From Diplonema japonicum (lineage: Eukaryota; Protista; Euglenozoa: Diplonemea), in the NCBI GenBank assembly GCA_964019335.1, contig OZ025654.1, positions 496,001 to 560,000 on the forward strand: a stretch of 64,000 nt of DNA, written 5' to 3'. The position numbers and the translations under genes are program-made. The notes beneath the pieces are model-generated. The model ran no database searches and was not told where the DNA came from. It saw only the letters and a list, made by a program, of their open reading frames with translations. Below, one piece after another: positions 62,700 to 64,000 of this stretch (position 1 is its first letter; each line of letters begins with the position of its first letter).

Positions 62700-64000
62700 T
62701 ATATATATGAGTTAAAGGAAGTCTTTGTGAGACGCCCCCTTGTTCTCATGCTCTACCTGCACCTATCCCCCTTCAGCAGCGGTTTCTCCTTCTTCGGTGG
62801 TCGTGCCGGCCTCCTCCCCAGCTTGGCTACTTTTTCCCTTCTTTCCTTTGCCCATTGCTTCCCCAGCTCCTCCAGGTCGTACTTGGTCTTCGTTGATGCA
62901 AAGATTGCTCTTCTACTCCACCCGATCGCCGCCTTCGTCCCTCCGATTGATCGCAGCGTATGTACTCTCTTGCATGGTTCAGCAGGGAAGGCCCTCCTTC
63001 CTTTCACCTTCTTCTGCAGTCTCCCTAGTTCCCATGTGTTCCACACCTTCTTCATCACCGTGTGCAGTCTCCTGGCCTTCTGTCGCACCTCTGCCAACTC
63101 CCCTAGCTTCCCTCCAAGGGATTTCTGGGTCACGTTTTCGAAATCCAGCGCCAGCTCCACCGTCGACACTGCCGTGCTTCTGTTCCCTCCATACCAGCGC
63201 AGCTGCTTGAGCCATTTCAGCACCGGTTTCGTGTACTCCTTCAGGGTGTTGCCGGTCTGCAGCCTCGCGAACTCCTCCTCTGTTGGTGCTGGGTGTGCCT
63301 CCCCCTCCGTGATCTCCAGCCATTGGTGTGTCCGGTAGATCTGCTGCCTCTTTGCCTGCAGGGCTGCGTCGCGTTCCCCCACCACAGCCAGCAGGTAACG
63401 CTGGGTCTTCTCGAGCCTGTCCTTGTCCTCCTTGGCCGCTTCCCTCGGGAGGATGCCATGGAGCCTCATGCACGGTTCTAGGCCTGTTCGTGTCGTGCCT
63501 GCATGTGCCTCCCGTTGCCCTACTTCGACAGCCAGTTCGCACTCCCACAGTGCATGCTCCAGGATGTTGGATACCTGTTGCATCTGACCGCATACGTCGC
63601 AGCGTGCCGTTGCGGGTTCGTCCTGCTGCCTCTGCTCCGCCAGCAGCATGCGCTCCAGCTCCGCGACTTCCCCTTCTCCTCCCGCCTCTCTTTCTTCTTC
63701 GTCTTCTGAGTCGTCTCGGGAATCTTCTTCGTCCACCTCATCCTCCGTCGGTGGGATGTGTGCCACTGCGTCCGTCCGCCATCCCCGTGGGTGGATGTAG
63801 AAAACCGCGCCTGTGATCACCCTGCGTAGGTTCCTTGCTGCGATGGGGTCCGACGACGCCAGCTTCCCCCATAGCTCGTTTGTCTCGACAGCGGCTGCCG
63901 TCGCCATTCCTTTCATGGAGCTCCGTTTTCCCATGATGGCCTCCGCTTCACCACGCCTGAGCTTGTCTCTGATGTAGTGTCGGAACCGCTCCTTCTCCAT
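62700..64000 (-). mobile_element. 3' part of a diverged LINE family 1 element (continues past the window end)
   Basis: Open frame 62753-64000 paralogous to the ORF2 C-terminus; same 3' terminus followed by a sense T-run. Confidence 0.93.

Overview
Eukaryotic genomic DNA with GC-rich genes separated by spacers full of A/T homopolymers. About 20 host genes are present and all lie on the minus strand. This organisation, the near absence of introns and a trypanosomatid-type adenylate cyclase suggest a euglenozoan, probably a diplonemid; the taxon is an inference. Host genes: HutD/Ves cupin, CAP+EGF membrane protein, Cys-rich proteins, receptor adenylate cyclase, PH-AGC kinase with two short GT-AG introns, a four-member membrane-protein family, Patched/NPC1-type RND protein, calpain with EF-hands, BCS1, PPR protein, two coiled-coil paralogs, OB-fold protein, SDP1-like lipase and GH2 beta-galactosidase. 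The main result is a retrotransposon system. An apparently full-length APE-RT non-LTR element (47446-53618, minus strand) starts with a complete HDV-like self-cleaving ribozyme fold, and the ORF1 AUG lies inside that fold. It has a variant 2A-like peptide (GIHPNPG|P) directly before the endonuclease and ends in a covarying 3' stem-loop followed by oligo(T) instead of poly(A). Copies of this and a second LINE family sit in sense-strand T-tracts, some with T-led target duplications, and all are co-oriented with the genes. A separate short dispersed repeat carries a second, unrelated HDV-like ribozyme. A gene-poor block at 34.9-37.3 kb holds three long hairpins or palindromes. All structures were folded by eye; no software or database search was run.
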